This document shows positions 31,414 through 40,519 of a DNA stretch of 64,000 nucleotides, one piece after another. The translations under genes and the position numbers were made by a program. The first letter of the stretch is position 1; each line of letters begins with the position of its first letter. This DNA is from Deltaproteobacteria bacterium (lineage in GTDB: Bacteria; Desulfobacterota; Deferrisomatia; Deferrisomatales; BM512), in contig PKTT01000007.1 of assembly GCA_002869015.1 (NCBI GenBank), positions 558 through 64,557 on the forward strand, given 5' to 3'. The notes under the pieces were generated by a model that searched no databases, was not told where the DNA came from, and saw nothing but the letters and a program-made list of their open reading frames with translations.

Positions 31414-33381
31414 CTACTTTTTAAGAAGCGCCTCTCTTACCGCACTGATAAATTCAGTGAGCCTATAGGGCTTTTGCAGGATTCGCTCAGCTTTTTTCAA
31501 TATGTCGTTTCGTCCGGCATCATCAAGGCCATAGCCGGTTGTTATTATCGCCTTGGGTTTGGGCTCGGAGAGCGTTGAAATGGCATCTAAGCAGGAGATG
31601 CCCCCCATGCCGGGCATCCCCAAATCAAGCGCGATCAGGTCAATTCGGTCTTTTTTGCAAATCTCAATTGCTTCCTCGCCCGTTGATGCGGTGACCACTT
31701 CGTAACCCATCGACTGAAGCACTGTTGCAGCAGACTCTACAATTCCATGCTCGTCGTCGGCAATGAGAACCCGGCCGCCTGTGACATCATTAAAGGTAAG
31801 CTGGCGGTCCCTTGGCAGGCGCTCCGCAACATCCTCTCTTGCTTGTGGAAAGAAAATTGAAAATGTAGTTCCCCTGCCGGGGGCGGATTCACACTCGATG
31901 TATCCGCCATAAGCATTTACCAAGCCATAAGTTACAGAGAGCCCGAGCCCCGTACCAGCGCCGACTTCTTTTGTCGTAAAGAAGGGGTCAAAGATTAGCG
32001 CGCGGGTTTCTTCATCCATTCCGCAACCGTTGTCGGCTATTTCAAGCAGTATGCAAGTATCAGCGCTGCCAGGCACCCCATCCAACTTGCACTCATCAAT
32101 TTCAACCAACCGTGTGGAGAGTCTTAGCCTTCCACCATCGGGCATTGCATCCTTTGCGTTAAGCGCCATGTTGAGGAGCAGCTGCTCAATACCCGAAGGG
32201 TCAGCAGCGATTGTGGCGGGTACGGGGGAGAGGTGAAGCTCTATATCGATATTCCTCGGGAGGGTCTGCTGGAGGATAACGAATACTTGGCCAAGCTTTG
32301 TATTTAAGTCCATCACACGGCTCTCGCCGTCAACTTTGCGGCTAAATGCTAGAAGGCGCTTTGTGAGGTCACCTCCCCTGTGGGCGGTAGTAATTATTGT
32401 TGAGAGATGTTTTCTGGCAGCCGAATCGCTATCGATAGTAATATCCATAAGGTCTGCGCAACCCTGGATCACCTGCAGTAGGTTGTTGAATTCATGGGCA
32501 ATCCCTCCCGAGAGGGTCCCGATTGCCTCTAGTTTGCGGGCATGGACAAGCTGATCCATCAACCTATTTTTCTCCTCCTCAGCCTGCTTACGCTCATTTA
32601 TCTCGTTGTTTAGCTCTCTGTTGGTGCTCTCCTGTTCTTCATGGGCAATTTTTAGCTCCATGCTCATTTTATTAAAATATTCAGCCAACTCCTTAAATTC
32701 GGTCATCCCTTCGCTGGGTACGGTGTGGCCGAGATTACCCGATGCTATTTTTCTGGTCCCCTCTGTAAAGACCCCCAATGGCGCCATCAAGGCCCTCGTT
32801 ATGTGTATTGCTGCAAAGACACCGATTAAAAATGTCAGCGCGAGAGTGCCAAGCAAAATAAGGCGGACGTTCTTTATCCTTCCAAGTGACTCCTCAGTTA
32901 CCTGACTGAAGCGGGTTGAAGCCAGCGAGGAGACCTCTTCCACCCTCTCCATAAGCGCCTCTCCCATTTGAGTCGCTTCAATCCCGAGGCGCTCCATTCT
33001 TGGAGTGTTGGCAGAACTAGTTACGTAAAGGCTCAGAGCACCCTTATAAAGCCTTATGCCCTCGCTCATCCTATTGAATTTCTTTACCAGCCACTCCTTG
33101 TGGTGGCAGGAATAGCATTTATTTACGAGGCCCTCCATCTCCCTTACGTTATTAATTATAGTGTCAAGGTCACGGGAAACTGGGGTACGCAGGGAAAAAA
33201 GGTCTGTCTGGACTGTGCGTATAGAGAGGCTTAGCGCTTTGGACATATCGTCAATTTTATGCATCTGGAGGAGTTTTTGGAGGCCCTCCGTTGCATCAAC
33301 GATGTATTTGGATGAGATAAGCGAACCTGAGACAAAGATGAGGAGCAGGCTCAAGAACGCGAGGAATATTTTCTTTCTCAA
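31414..33381 (-). CDS. hybrid sensor histidine kinase (periplasmic sensor with CXXCH, HAMP, HisKA, HATPase, receiver)
   Basis: Two TM helices flank a ~150-aa periplasmic domain containing CYSCH. H-box GGIAHEFNNLL, N/G boxes (DNGCGM, GTGLGLS) and a C-terminal receiver (LIADDE...DLGMPGMGG). Confidence 0.85.
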   Translation of the reverse strand: MRKKIFLAFLSLLLIFVSGSLISSKYIVDATEGLQKLLQMHKIDDMSKALSLSIRTVQTDLFSLRTPVSRDLDTIINNVREMEGLVNKCYSCHHKEWLVKKFNRMSEGIRLYKGALSLYVTSSANTPRMERLGIEATQMGEALMERVEEVSSLASTRFSQVTEESLGRIKNVRLILLGTLALTFLIGVFAAIHITRALMAPLGVFTEGTRKIASGNLGHTVPSEGMTEFKELAEYFNKMSMELKIAHEEQESTNRELNNEINERKQAEEEKNRLMDQLVHARKLEAIGTLSGGIAHEFNNLLQVIQGCADLMDITIDSDSAARKHLSTIITTAHRGGDLTKRLLAFSRKVDGESRVMDLNTKLGQVFVILQQTLPRNIDIELHLSPVPATIAADPSGIEQLLLNMALNAKDAMPDGGRLRLSTRLVEIDECKLDGVPGSADTCILLEIADNGCGMDEETRALIFDPFFTTKEVGAGTGLGLSVTYGLVNAYGGYIECESAPGRGTTFSIFFPQAREDVAERLPRDRQLTFNDVTGGRVLIADDEHGIVESAATVLQSMGYEVVTASTGEEAIEICKKDRIDLIALDLGMPGMGGISCLDAISTLSEPKPKAIITTGYGLDDAGRNDILKKAERILQKPYRLTEFISAVREALLKK

Positions 33382-33391
33382 GCCCCGAACC

Positions 33392-34270
33392 TCACTTATT
33401 GAAATAATCGTAGGTCGAAAGCTCTATCCCTGCCTTGTCGGCCATTTCGAAGACGGGGACATAGTCATCTTTGGTTGTCTCAATAAACTTCTTTGCCTTA
33501 AAGCTCTCAAGTACTTTAAGCCCCTCGGGGCTATCATTCATGCCGATCAGTATCTCTTTTAATCTTCGTGCCTCTGCTTTTGGAAAATCGCTTGAAACCC
33601 CCAAAGCATTTGAGGGGACTCTCTGTGTCCACCCGATCAGCTTCAACTCTTCCTCGACCCTTTTATTCCTGTTAGCTTCAAGTGTGTAAATGGTATTTTT
33701 GGCCGCGCCTACGTCAGCTTCGCCGTTTAGCACGGCAAGGATCGCCGCATCGTGGCTACCGGTGTAGATCACCTCTCGAAAATAATCCTCCGGCGGCTTA
33801 TCCACTCCCTGCTCTCGCAAAAGAAAGAGCGGAGACACGTACCCTGCGGTAGTCGCTTTATCTACAAAGGCAATTCTTTTGCCCTCCAGATCTTTAAACG
33901 ATTCATAGCCGGAGTCTTTGCGAACAAAGACAAGGCCGTAATATGTTGAAGAATCATCTAGCCATACCGGCCTTGCGATTGGCTCAACACCCTCCTTAGC
34001 GATTGCAAGTGCGCCTGTAAAGCTGCCCCAGAAAGCGGCATTCAGCTCCTTCTTTCTGAAGCTCTCGATGATGTTGCCGTAGCGAGAAAGCATAGAAAAA
34101 CGAACAGGCATTCCAAGCCGACTTGAGATATATTTGCCTAACGGCTCATATCTTTCAAGCTGTGCAAAGACATTCTGCTCTGGAATCAAGCCAATAACTA
34201 ATTCAGCAGAAGACGCCCATGAGAGGGGAAACAATGAAAACAATATGCAAAATAAAATGACTCTCAACAT
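33392..34270 (-). CDS. PhnD-like (phosphonate-type) periplasmic substrate-binding protein
   Basis: Has a signal peptide. The LVIGLIPEQN start and the GSHDAAILAVLNGEADVGA motif are typical of PhnD-family binding proteins. It lies immediately upstream of the hybrid kinase. Confidence 0.7.
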   Translation of the reverse strand: MLRVILFCILFSLFPLSWASSAELVIGLIPEQNVFAQLERYEPLGKYISSRLGMPVRFSMLSRYGNIIESFRKKELNAAFWGSFTGALAIAKEGVEPIARPVWLDDSSTYYGLVFVRKDSGYESFKDLEGKRIAFVDKATTAGYVSPLFLLREQGVDKPPEDYFREVIYTGSHDAAILAVLNGEADVGAAKNTIYTLEANRNKRVEEELKLIGWTQRVPSNALGVSSDFPKAEARRLKEILIGMNDSPEGLKVLESFKAKKFIETTKDDYVPVFEMADKAGIELSTYDYFNK

Positions 34271-34413
34271 TATGAACCCCTTCCCTCAAACTTCCGGGCA
34301 TTTTACCTATATACTTGAAAACGCGCAAACGTTCACATGCGATGTCTTTCAGACACATATCTGTTATCATCGACAGGTATATCTCTTAAAGTAAATCATA
34401 AAAACGGAAAGTT

Positions 34414-36216
34414 ATGAACGATTCCCAAAATAGTGCAGCAGCTCCCCTGGGACATTACCTCTGGAAGCTGGCCACATACGCGAGACCTTATAAAAAAAGG
34501 ATAGCTCTAGGCCTATTCACTAATGCGGCGGCAAGGGGCTTTGATCTCCTGCCATTGGTCATAATAGGGATGGTAGTTGACAGGCTTACAGGAGGCAACG
34601 CGACACCTGGAAGCTGGTTTTTGTTAAAGGGGTTGCTCGTCCTCATTACATTTCTAGGATTAGCCTTTTTCCAATCACTAAGCGATTATACCTGGGCCAG
34701 CATAGCCCAACTTATAAGGCACGATCTAAGAACTTCACTATACGAACACCTACAAAGGCTAGAAGCATCCTTTTTTGAGGAGCGGCAGGTGGGCGATATA
34801 ATGTCGGTTGTAGTGGCCGATGTAGACAATCTTGAGAACTTTCTCTCGGATGCCACCACCTCGATAATAAGGATATTAATAACCTTCGTAGGAACCTACG
34901 GCATACTCTTGTGGCTGGATTGGCGGCTGGCCATGCTTCTCTTTGCCCCACTACCCTTTGTAGTAATAGCTATTAAATTCTTCGCCACCAAAGTCCAGCC
35001 GAAATACCGGCGGGCAAGGCAGGCGGTGGGCTCCATAAATTCGATTGTAGAGAACAACATCCAGGGGATGGGTGTTATACAGGCTTATACGAGCGAGGCA
35101 TACCAGGCAGAAAGGGTGCGTGAGCGCTCGGGCGAATACCGAGACGCGGCAATTTCCGCAGCTAAGGAGAGGGCTAAGTTTATACCCCTCATCTATGCCA
35201 TAGCGGGTTTCTCCTTTGCTGCGCTAATCGGCGGCGGCGCGTGGCTGACCTTCGCCGGACACGGGCCATCGGTAGGCGACTACACCAGCTTTATACTTTT
35301 CTCCATGAGGCTGGTTATGCCCCTCTTTGTCTTCGGCATACTTATTAACCAGATACAACGATGCGAAGCTTCCGCTCATCGCATTGTAAGCCTCCTTGAT
35401 ACAAAGCCGGGCATTGCTGACATGGAAGGCGCAAAAAAACTAGAAGAAGCACCAAGATCCCTTGGCTTCAATGGTGTCCACTTCGCTTACCCCAACCGCG
35501 AGCCAGTAATTCACGGAGTTGATTTTGAGCTTGGCCTGGGGAAGATGATCGGCATTGTCGGCCCTACCGGGGCAGGCAAATCGACTCTCATTAAGCTACT
35601 CTTGCGATACTACGAGCCGGGAGAGGGCAGGATAACTATAAACGGAAGTGAGCTACGAGACCTTACCCTTGAATCTTTGAGAACCCACATAGGCTATGTC
35701 TCCCAGGATGCATTTTTATTCGCGGGTACAATTGAGGAGAACATAAAGCTTGGAGCGCATGAAGCCTCTTATGAAAAGATGCGGGAGGCTGCCAGGATAG
35801 CCGGAGCGGAGGAATTTATCCTCGATTTACCAAAAGGCTATGAGACAGAGGTAGGCGAGCGGGGTATGAAACTCTCAGGCGGTCAGCGCCAACGCATTTC
35901 ACTTGCACGAGCGCTTTTAAGAGACCCCGCTATCCTGATTCTCGACGAGGCGACCTCAGCAGTTGATACCCGCACAGAGGAGGTTATCCAACAAGGGCTT
36001 CAGGAATTCCGTGACGGCAGAATGACCCTTGCGGTTGCGCACCGCCTATCTACTGTACGGGCAAGCGATGAGATATTAGTGCTGGTTGACGGTGTTGTAG
36101 TGGAGCGCGGCAGCCATGACGATCTTATCGCCAAAGGTTCCGTATACCATGACCTTTGGGCTGTGCAGTCAGGAACCGTTGGAGAAAACGTGCACAATGG
36201 TAATGGCCGCAAATAG
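34414..36216 (+). CDS. ABC exporter, fused permease/ATPase (MsbA/multidrug type)
   Basis: Six-TM N-terminal half, Walker A GPTGAGKST, signature LSGGQRQR and Walker B ILILDEATS. Confidence 0.85.
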   Translation: MNDSQNSAAAPLGHYLWKLATYARPYKKRIALGLFTNAAARGFDLLPLVIIGMVVDRLTGGNATPGSWFLLKGLLVLITFLGLAFFQSLSDYTWASIAQLIRHDLRTSLYEHLQRLEASFFEERQVGDIMSVVVADVDNLENFLSDATTSIIRILITFVGTYGILLWLDWRLAMLLFAPLPFVVIAIKFFATKVQPKYRRARQAVGSINSIVENNIQGMGVIQAYTSEAYQAERVRERSGEYRDAAISAAKERAKFIPLIYAIAGFSFAALIGGGAWLTFAGHGPSVGDYTSFILFSMRLVMPLFVFGILINQIQRCEASAHRIVSLLDTKPGIADMEGAKKLEEAPRSLGFNGVHFAYPNREPVIHGVDFELGLGKMIGIVGPTGAGKSTLIKLLLRYYEPGEGRITINGSELRDLTLESLRTHIGYVSQDAFLFAGTIEENIKLGAHEASYEKMREAARIAGAEEFILDLPKGYETEVGERGMKLSGGQRQRISLARALLRDPAILILDEATSAVDTRTEEVIQQGLQEFRDGRMTLAVAHRLSTVRASDEILVLVDGVVVERGSHDDLIAKGSVYHDLWAVQSGTVGENVHNGNGRK

Positions 36217-36744
36217 TAAAAAGAGTATCCCCGCTATCCGCTTCACTATTCGTTCAGGGATTCGCCGCATAATTGTGGCCCCAAAAAATATCCCCAAAAT
36301 TGAAACTGCCCAAAGGGCAAGCGTCGCTCCAAGGAATACCCCCGTTGAATTGCTCAAAGTAGCCGCCAGAGAGACAGTTGCCAGTTGAGTTTTGTCTCCC
36401 AATTCAGCGATGAAAATAAGTGCGAATACCCCCCAAAATACTGAGCGCCCCTTGATTGTGCCGCTCTCATCATCATCATCCGAAGCTCGAAGCGCCATAA
36501 CCCCTAAGACTGCAAAAAGTATGGCGGCAGCTACACCAACCCATCGTGGGTCCAGATAGGCGTATAGGAGTTGCCCCGCCGCTACGGCGATTACGCCCAG
36601 GAGGGTAAAGGCTGAAGCTGCCCCGCCAAATACGCCTGACCAGTGGTGCCTGGCAGCTAGCAGCATAAGAATTATCTGAGTCTTGTCGCCCATCTCGGCG
36701 AGAAAGATGAGGGTGAATGATTTTATGAAATCTGCAAAAACCAA
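36169..36744 (-). CDS. UPF0016 / GDT1 (TMEM165) family cation (Mn2+/Ca2+) transporter
   Basis: Contains two E-x-GDKTQ motifs (EMGDKTQ, ELGDKTQ). The start is moved to the TTG at 36744 (AAAGG 7 nt upstream), giving ~191 aa, which is the family-typical size. The track start at 36894 would add ~50 residues that do not look like part of the family. Confidence 0.7.
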   Translation of the reverse strand: MVFADFIKSFTLIFLAEMGDKTQIILMLLAARHHWSGVFGGAASAFTLLGVIAVAAGQLLYAYLDPRWVGVAAAILFAVLGVMALRASDDDDESGTIKGRSVFWGVFALIFIAELGDKTQLATVSLAATLSNSTGVFLGATLALWAVSILGIFFGATIMRRIPERIVKRIAGILFLLFAAITIVHVFSNGS

Positions 36745-36908
36745 AGATTGACCTTTCGTAATTAGCAAAGCTTGACTGAGGTAATTGGTAGAGCGGGTAT
36801 TTTGTACATTATACGCTTCGGGGTCAATTGTTCCCCTGATACTTCCCTTGGGGATTTCATTTGTAGATAATCGTTTATAGATTTTGATTTGCATTTAAAG
36901 AGGTATTT

Positions 36909-39900
36909 ATGAGCGGTTGGAAATTCATGGTTGATCGCGGAGGGACTTTTACGGATATCGTTGCCTTCGGTCCCAAGGGAGAGGAGCGAGTTGTAAAGCT
37001 CCTATCGGAAGATCCCGCCAACTATCCCGATGCACCGCTTGAGGGTATACGCCGGGTCATATCACTTACCGCCGATGAACCGATACCCGCCGGGATGGTC
37101 GACTCGGTCAAGATGGGTAGCACTGTCGGAACAAATGCTTTGCTGGAGCGAAAAGGTGTACCTACAGCCTTACTCGTTACAGAGGGTTTCCGCGACCTCC
37201 TTGAAATAGGCTACCAGGACCGCCCTGACATCTTTGCCCTCAACGTGATGAAAAGAGAGCCGATCCACGAGCGAGTCGTAGAGGTGCGTGAACGCCTTTT
37301 AGCCAATGGCGAGGTGCTAATCCAATTGGATAGAGAGCGCCTTAGCACAGACCTCAACAATTTGAAGGCCTCTGGTATAAGGGCGCTTGCAATAGTCTTG
37401 ATGCACGGCTATCGCCACACGGCCCATGAATTGGAAGTAGCAAGGTTAGCCAAGGAGGCGGGCTTCGAGGAGGTATGTTTATCAAGCGAAATTATACCTC
37501 TCATGCGCATAGTCAGCCGAGCGGATACAACGGTTTGTGATGCTTACCTCTCCCCGATAATTCGTGACTACCTATCAACAATAACCCCTGCATTTGAGTC
37601 CGGCATTGTAAAAATGATGAAATCGGATGGAGGGTTGGTCACCGCAAAGAAGTTCAGAGGGCGCGATTCTATTCTATCGGGACCCGCGGGTGGAATAGTG
37701 GGCGCGGTTGAAGCTTCTCGAAGAGCGGGCTTTGATAAACTGGTCACCTTCGACATGGGAGGCACCTCTACCGACGTCGCCCATTTTTCGGGGGAATATG
37801 AACGCACGATAGATTCAGTTGTCGCGGGAGTAAGAATTAGAACGCCAATGCTCTCAATACACACAGTAGCAGCGGGCGGAGGCTCTATACTTCACTTTGA
37901 TGGCATACGCTTCAAGGTAGGGCCGGACTCGGCCGGTGCGGACCCCGGCCCTGCGTGTTATCGAAAGGGTGGTCCGCTCACTGTCACAGATGCCAACTTG
38001 ATGCTTGGAAGAATCCTGCCTTCCTCCTTTCCGAATGTCTTCGGCAAAGACGCCAACCTTCCCCCGGATAAGGGGGTTGTCGAGGAGAAGTTTGCTTCCC
38101 TCGCCGCCCAAATTAAAGCCCAAACAGGGCAACATTTCTCGCCAGCGGAAGCAGCCTGGGGGTTCACCGAGGTTGCTGTAGAAAACATGGCTGCTGCTTT
38201 GAAAAAAGTTTCAACCGAGAAGGGTTATGACCTCCAAAATTATGCTCTCTGCGCCTTCGGGGGTGCGGGGGGCCAACATGCCTGTAGAGTTGCCGAAGTT
38301 TTAGGCATAGATAACATTCTACTTCATCCTTTGGCCGGGGTTCTCTCCGCTTACGGGATAGGGCTGGCAAGAGAGCGGATAATTCTCCACCACCCTCTAG
38401 AAAAGACCCTTTCGGAGGAGCTCACCGGGGAGCTTGAAAATATCTTCACTGAACTTTCGACCTCAGCCACTACAGCACTGTTTACCGAAAAGGGCCAAAG
38501 AAAGCCGTTGATTGAACGCAGGCTCCTTCTTCGTTATGCCGGAACTGACACTCCACTGGAAGTTCAATACACCTCTGTGAAAGCTGCAAAAAAGAATTTT
38601 GAAGATTCCTTCTTCTCCCTATACGGTTTTTTGCATGAGGGTAAAGAGCTTATTGTGGAAGCGTCAACGGTTGAAGCGATAGAGAGAGTAGAGGAAAAAG
38701 AAGGCACCTTGATACCTATAGAAACACCTTCCGCTCCGAATGCTGTTGGAACAGTTAGCGCATTTTTTTCAGGGTGGATTGATGCTCCCCATTACGTGCG
38801 TGAGGGCCTACCTACAGGTTCAACATTTTCAGGCCCGGCAGTGGTCACAGAGGCGACCTCCACAATAATTGTCGAGGAGGGCTGGCAAGCAAGCGTTGAC
38901 GGCCTAAACAATATTATTCTCAATAGAGTTAAGAGAGAGGATAAAGTACATATCTCTACCGAAGCGGACCCGGTAAAAATTGAACTCTTCAATCGAAAGT
39001 TTTCATCCATCGCCGAACAGATGGGGGTCACTCTTTGCAAAACAGCCCACTCTGTAAATATAAAGGAACGGTTGGATTTTTCCTGTGCAATATTTGACGG
39101 TATGGGCCAATTGATAGCAAACGCTCCCCACATACCTGTACACCTGGGGTCAATGAGTGAATCAGTGGACGCTGTCATAAAAAGCACTAAGGGCATATTC
39201 AACTCAGGAGAGGTTTTCCTTTTGAACTCCCCATATGAAGGGGGAACACACCTTCCTGATGTGACAGTTGTAACCCCTGTCTTCTGCGGTTCAGATCAAA
39301 GTCCCTCATTTTTCACTGCTTCTCGCGGGCACCATGCTGATATTGGCGGCGTTACGCCGGGTTCCATGCCCTCAAATCCCAGCACTATAGAAGAGGAGGG
39401 TGTAATTACCGGCCCGATGAAGATAGTCTCAGGTGGAAAACTTTTAAAGGATTCAATATCAAAATGGCTTACAGACTCACCCTTCTCGGCTCGAAACCCT
39501 GAGAGAAATATCTCCGATATCGAAGCCCAGATAGCAGCAAACGCTGCTGGGAGTCATGTTTTGCAAAAGCTCGTTGATGAGTACGGTGAAGATGTCGTAA
39601 AGGCATATTCCGGGTACCTGCTTGACAATGGCGAGCAGCTTGTTAAAAAGGCGATACATTCTTTATCCGACTCAAATTTTGAAGTTCAGATGGATGGCGG
39701 GGCAGTTATTTGCGTTTCAATATCTATTAATAGAACCGAGCGTTTAGCCAAAATTGATTTTGCAGGCACATCAAGGCAACAGGCTAACAACTTAAACGCT
39801 CCGGTAGCCGTTACAAAGGCCGCTGTACTTTACGTGTTCAGAACGCTAATTGATGACGATATACCTCTAAACTCAGGATGTATGAGGCCTCTGGAAATAT

Positions 39901-40508
39901 TGATTCCTGAGGGTTCAATGCTGTCACCCCAATATCCGGCTCCCGTTGCAGCCGGTAATGTGGAGACCTCCCAAAACATCGTAGATTGTCTTTTTGGAGC
40001 CTTGGGAATCCTTGCCGCCGGTCAGGGCACAATGAATAACCTCACCTTCGGCGATGGAGTTCATCAATACTATGAGACAATTTGCGGTGGGTGCGGCGCC
40101 GGTAAAACCTTTGACGGCGCTTCCGCTGTGCATTGTCATATGACCAACTCAAGGATTACAGACCCAGAAGTTTTAGAGTGGCGCTTCCCAGTTGTTTTGG
40201 AAGAGTTTTGCATAAGGGCAAATAGTGGTGGCGCAGGTAAACATAGAGGTGGTGACGGCGTAAGGCGAGTGATTAGAATGCTTAAGGACATGACTGCTTC
40301 AATTCTATCAGGAAGAAGAGAGGTCTCTCCTTTTGGAATTGCTGGTGGTCAACCGGGCGCTAAGGGAGAAAACACACTACAAAAAACTGATGGAGAAAAA
40401 ATTAAGTTGCCCTCCAGGACACAAATTGACCTTTCACCAGGTGATCGAATTATCATCGAGACTCCTGGGGGCGGAGGTTATGGAGAGCCGCTCCGTGGTA
40501 ATCAATAG
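36909..40508 (+). CDS. fused hydantoinase A/B family enzyme, 5-oxoprolinase (ATP-hydrolysing)-like
   Basis: 1199 aa. The N-terminal HyuA-type half begins VDRGGTFTD, followed by a C-terminal HyuB-type half. Confidence 0.8.
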   Translation: MSGWKFMVDRGGTFTDIVAFGPKGEERVVKLLSEDPANYPDAPLEGIRRVISLTADEPIPAGMVDSVKMGSTVGTNALLERKGVPTALLVTEGFRDLLEIGYQDRPDIFALNVMKREPIHERVVEVRERLLANGEVLIQLDRERLSTDLNNLKASGIRALAIVLMHGYRHTAHELEVARLAKEAGFEEVCLSSEIIPLMRIVSRADTTVCDAYLSPIIRDYLSTITPAFESGIVKMMKSDGGLVTAKKFRGRDSILSGPAGGIVGAVEASRRAGFDKLVTFDMGGTSTDVAHFSGEYERTIDSVVAGVRIRTPMLSIHTVAAGGGSILHFDGIRFKVGPDSAGADPGPACYRKGGPLTVTDANLMLGRILPSSFPNVFGKDANLPPDKGVVEEKFASLAAQIKAQTGQHFSPAEAAWGFTEVAVENMAAALKKVSTEKGYDLQNYALCAFGGAGGQHACRVAEVLGIDNILLHPLAGVLSAYGIGLARERIILHHPLEKTLSEELTGELENIFTELSTSATTALFTEKGQRKPLIERRLLLRYAGTDTPLEVQYTSVKAAKKNFEDSFFSLYGFLHEGKELIVEASTVEAIERVEEKEGTLIPIETPSAPNAVGTVSAFFSGWIDAPHYVREGLPTGSTFSGPAVVTEATSTIIVEEGWQASVDGLNNIILNRVKREDKVHISTEADPVKIELFNRKFSSIAEQMGVTLCKTAHSVNIKERLDFSCAIFDGMGQLIANAPHIPVHLGSMSESVDAVIKSTKGIFNSGEVFLLNSPYEGGTHLPDVTVVTPVFCGSDQSPSFFTASRGHHADIGGVTPGSMPSNPSTIEEEGVITGPMKIVSGGKLLKDSISKWLTDSPFSARNPERNISDIEAQIAANAAGSHVLQKLVDEYGEDVVKAYSGYLLDNGEQLVKKAIHSLSDSNFEVQMDGGAVICVSISINRTERLAKIDFAGTSRQQANNLNAPVAVTKAAVLYVFRTLIDDDIPLNSGCMRPLEILIPEGSMLSPQYPAPVAAGNVETSQNIVDCLFGALGILAAGQGTMNNLTFGDGVHQYYETICGGCGAGKTFDGASAVHCHMTNSRITDPEVLEWRFPVVLEEFCIRANSGGAGKHRGGDGVRRVIRMLKDMTASILSGRREVSPFGIAGGQPGAKGENTLQKTDGEKIKLPSRTQIDLSPGDRIIIETPGGGGYGEPLRGNQ

Positions 40509-40519
40509 AAAGGAAAGAG

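Noticed and set aside
36169-36216. 48-nt convergent overlap of the ABC exporter and UPF0016 3' ends
   Set aside because: Both C-termini look plausible, and convergent overlaps of this size do occur. There is no evidence of a frameshift or pseudogene.
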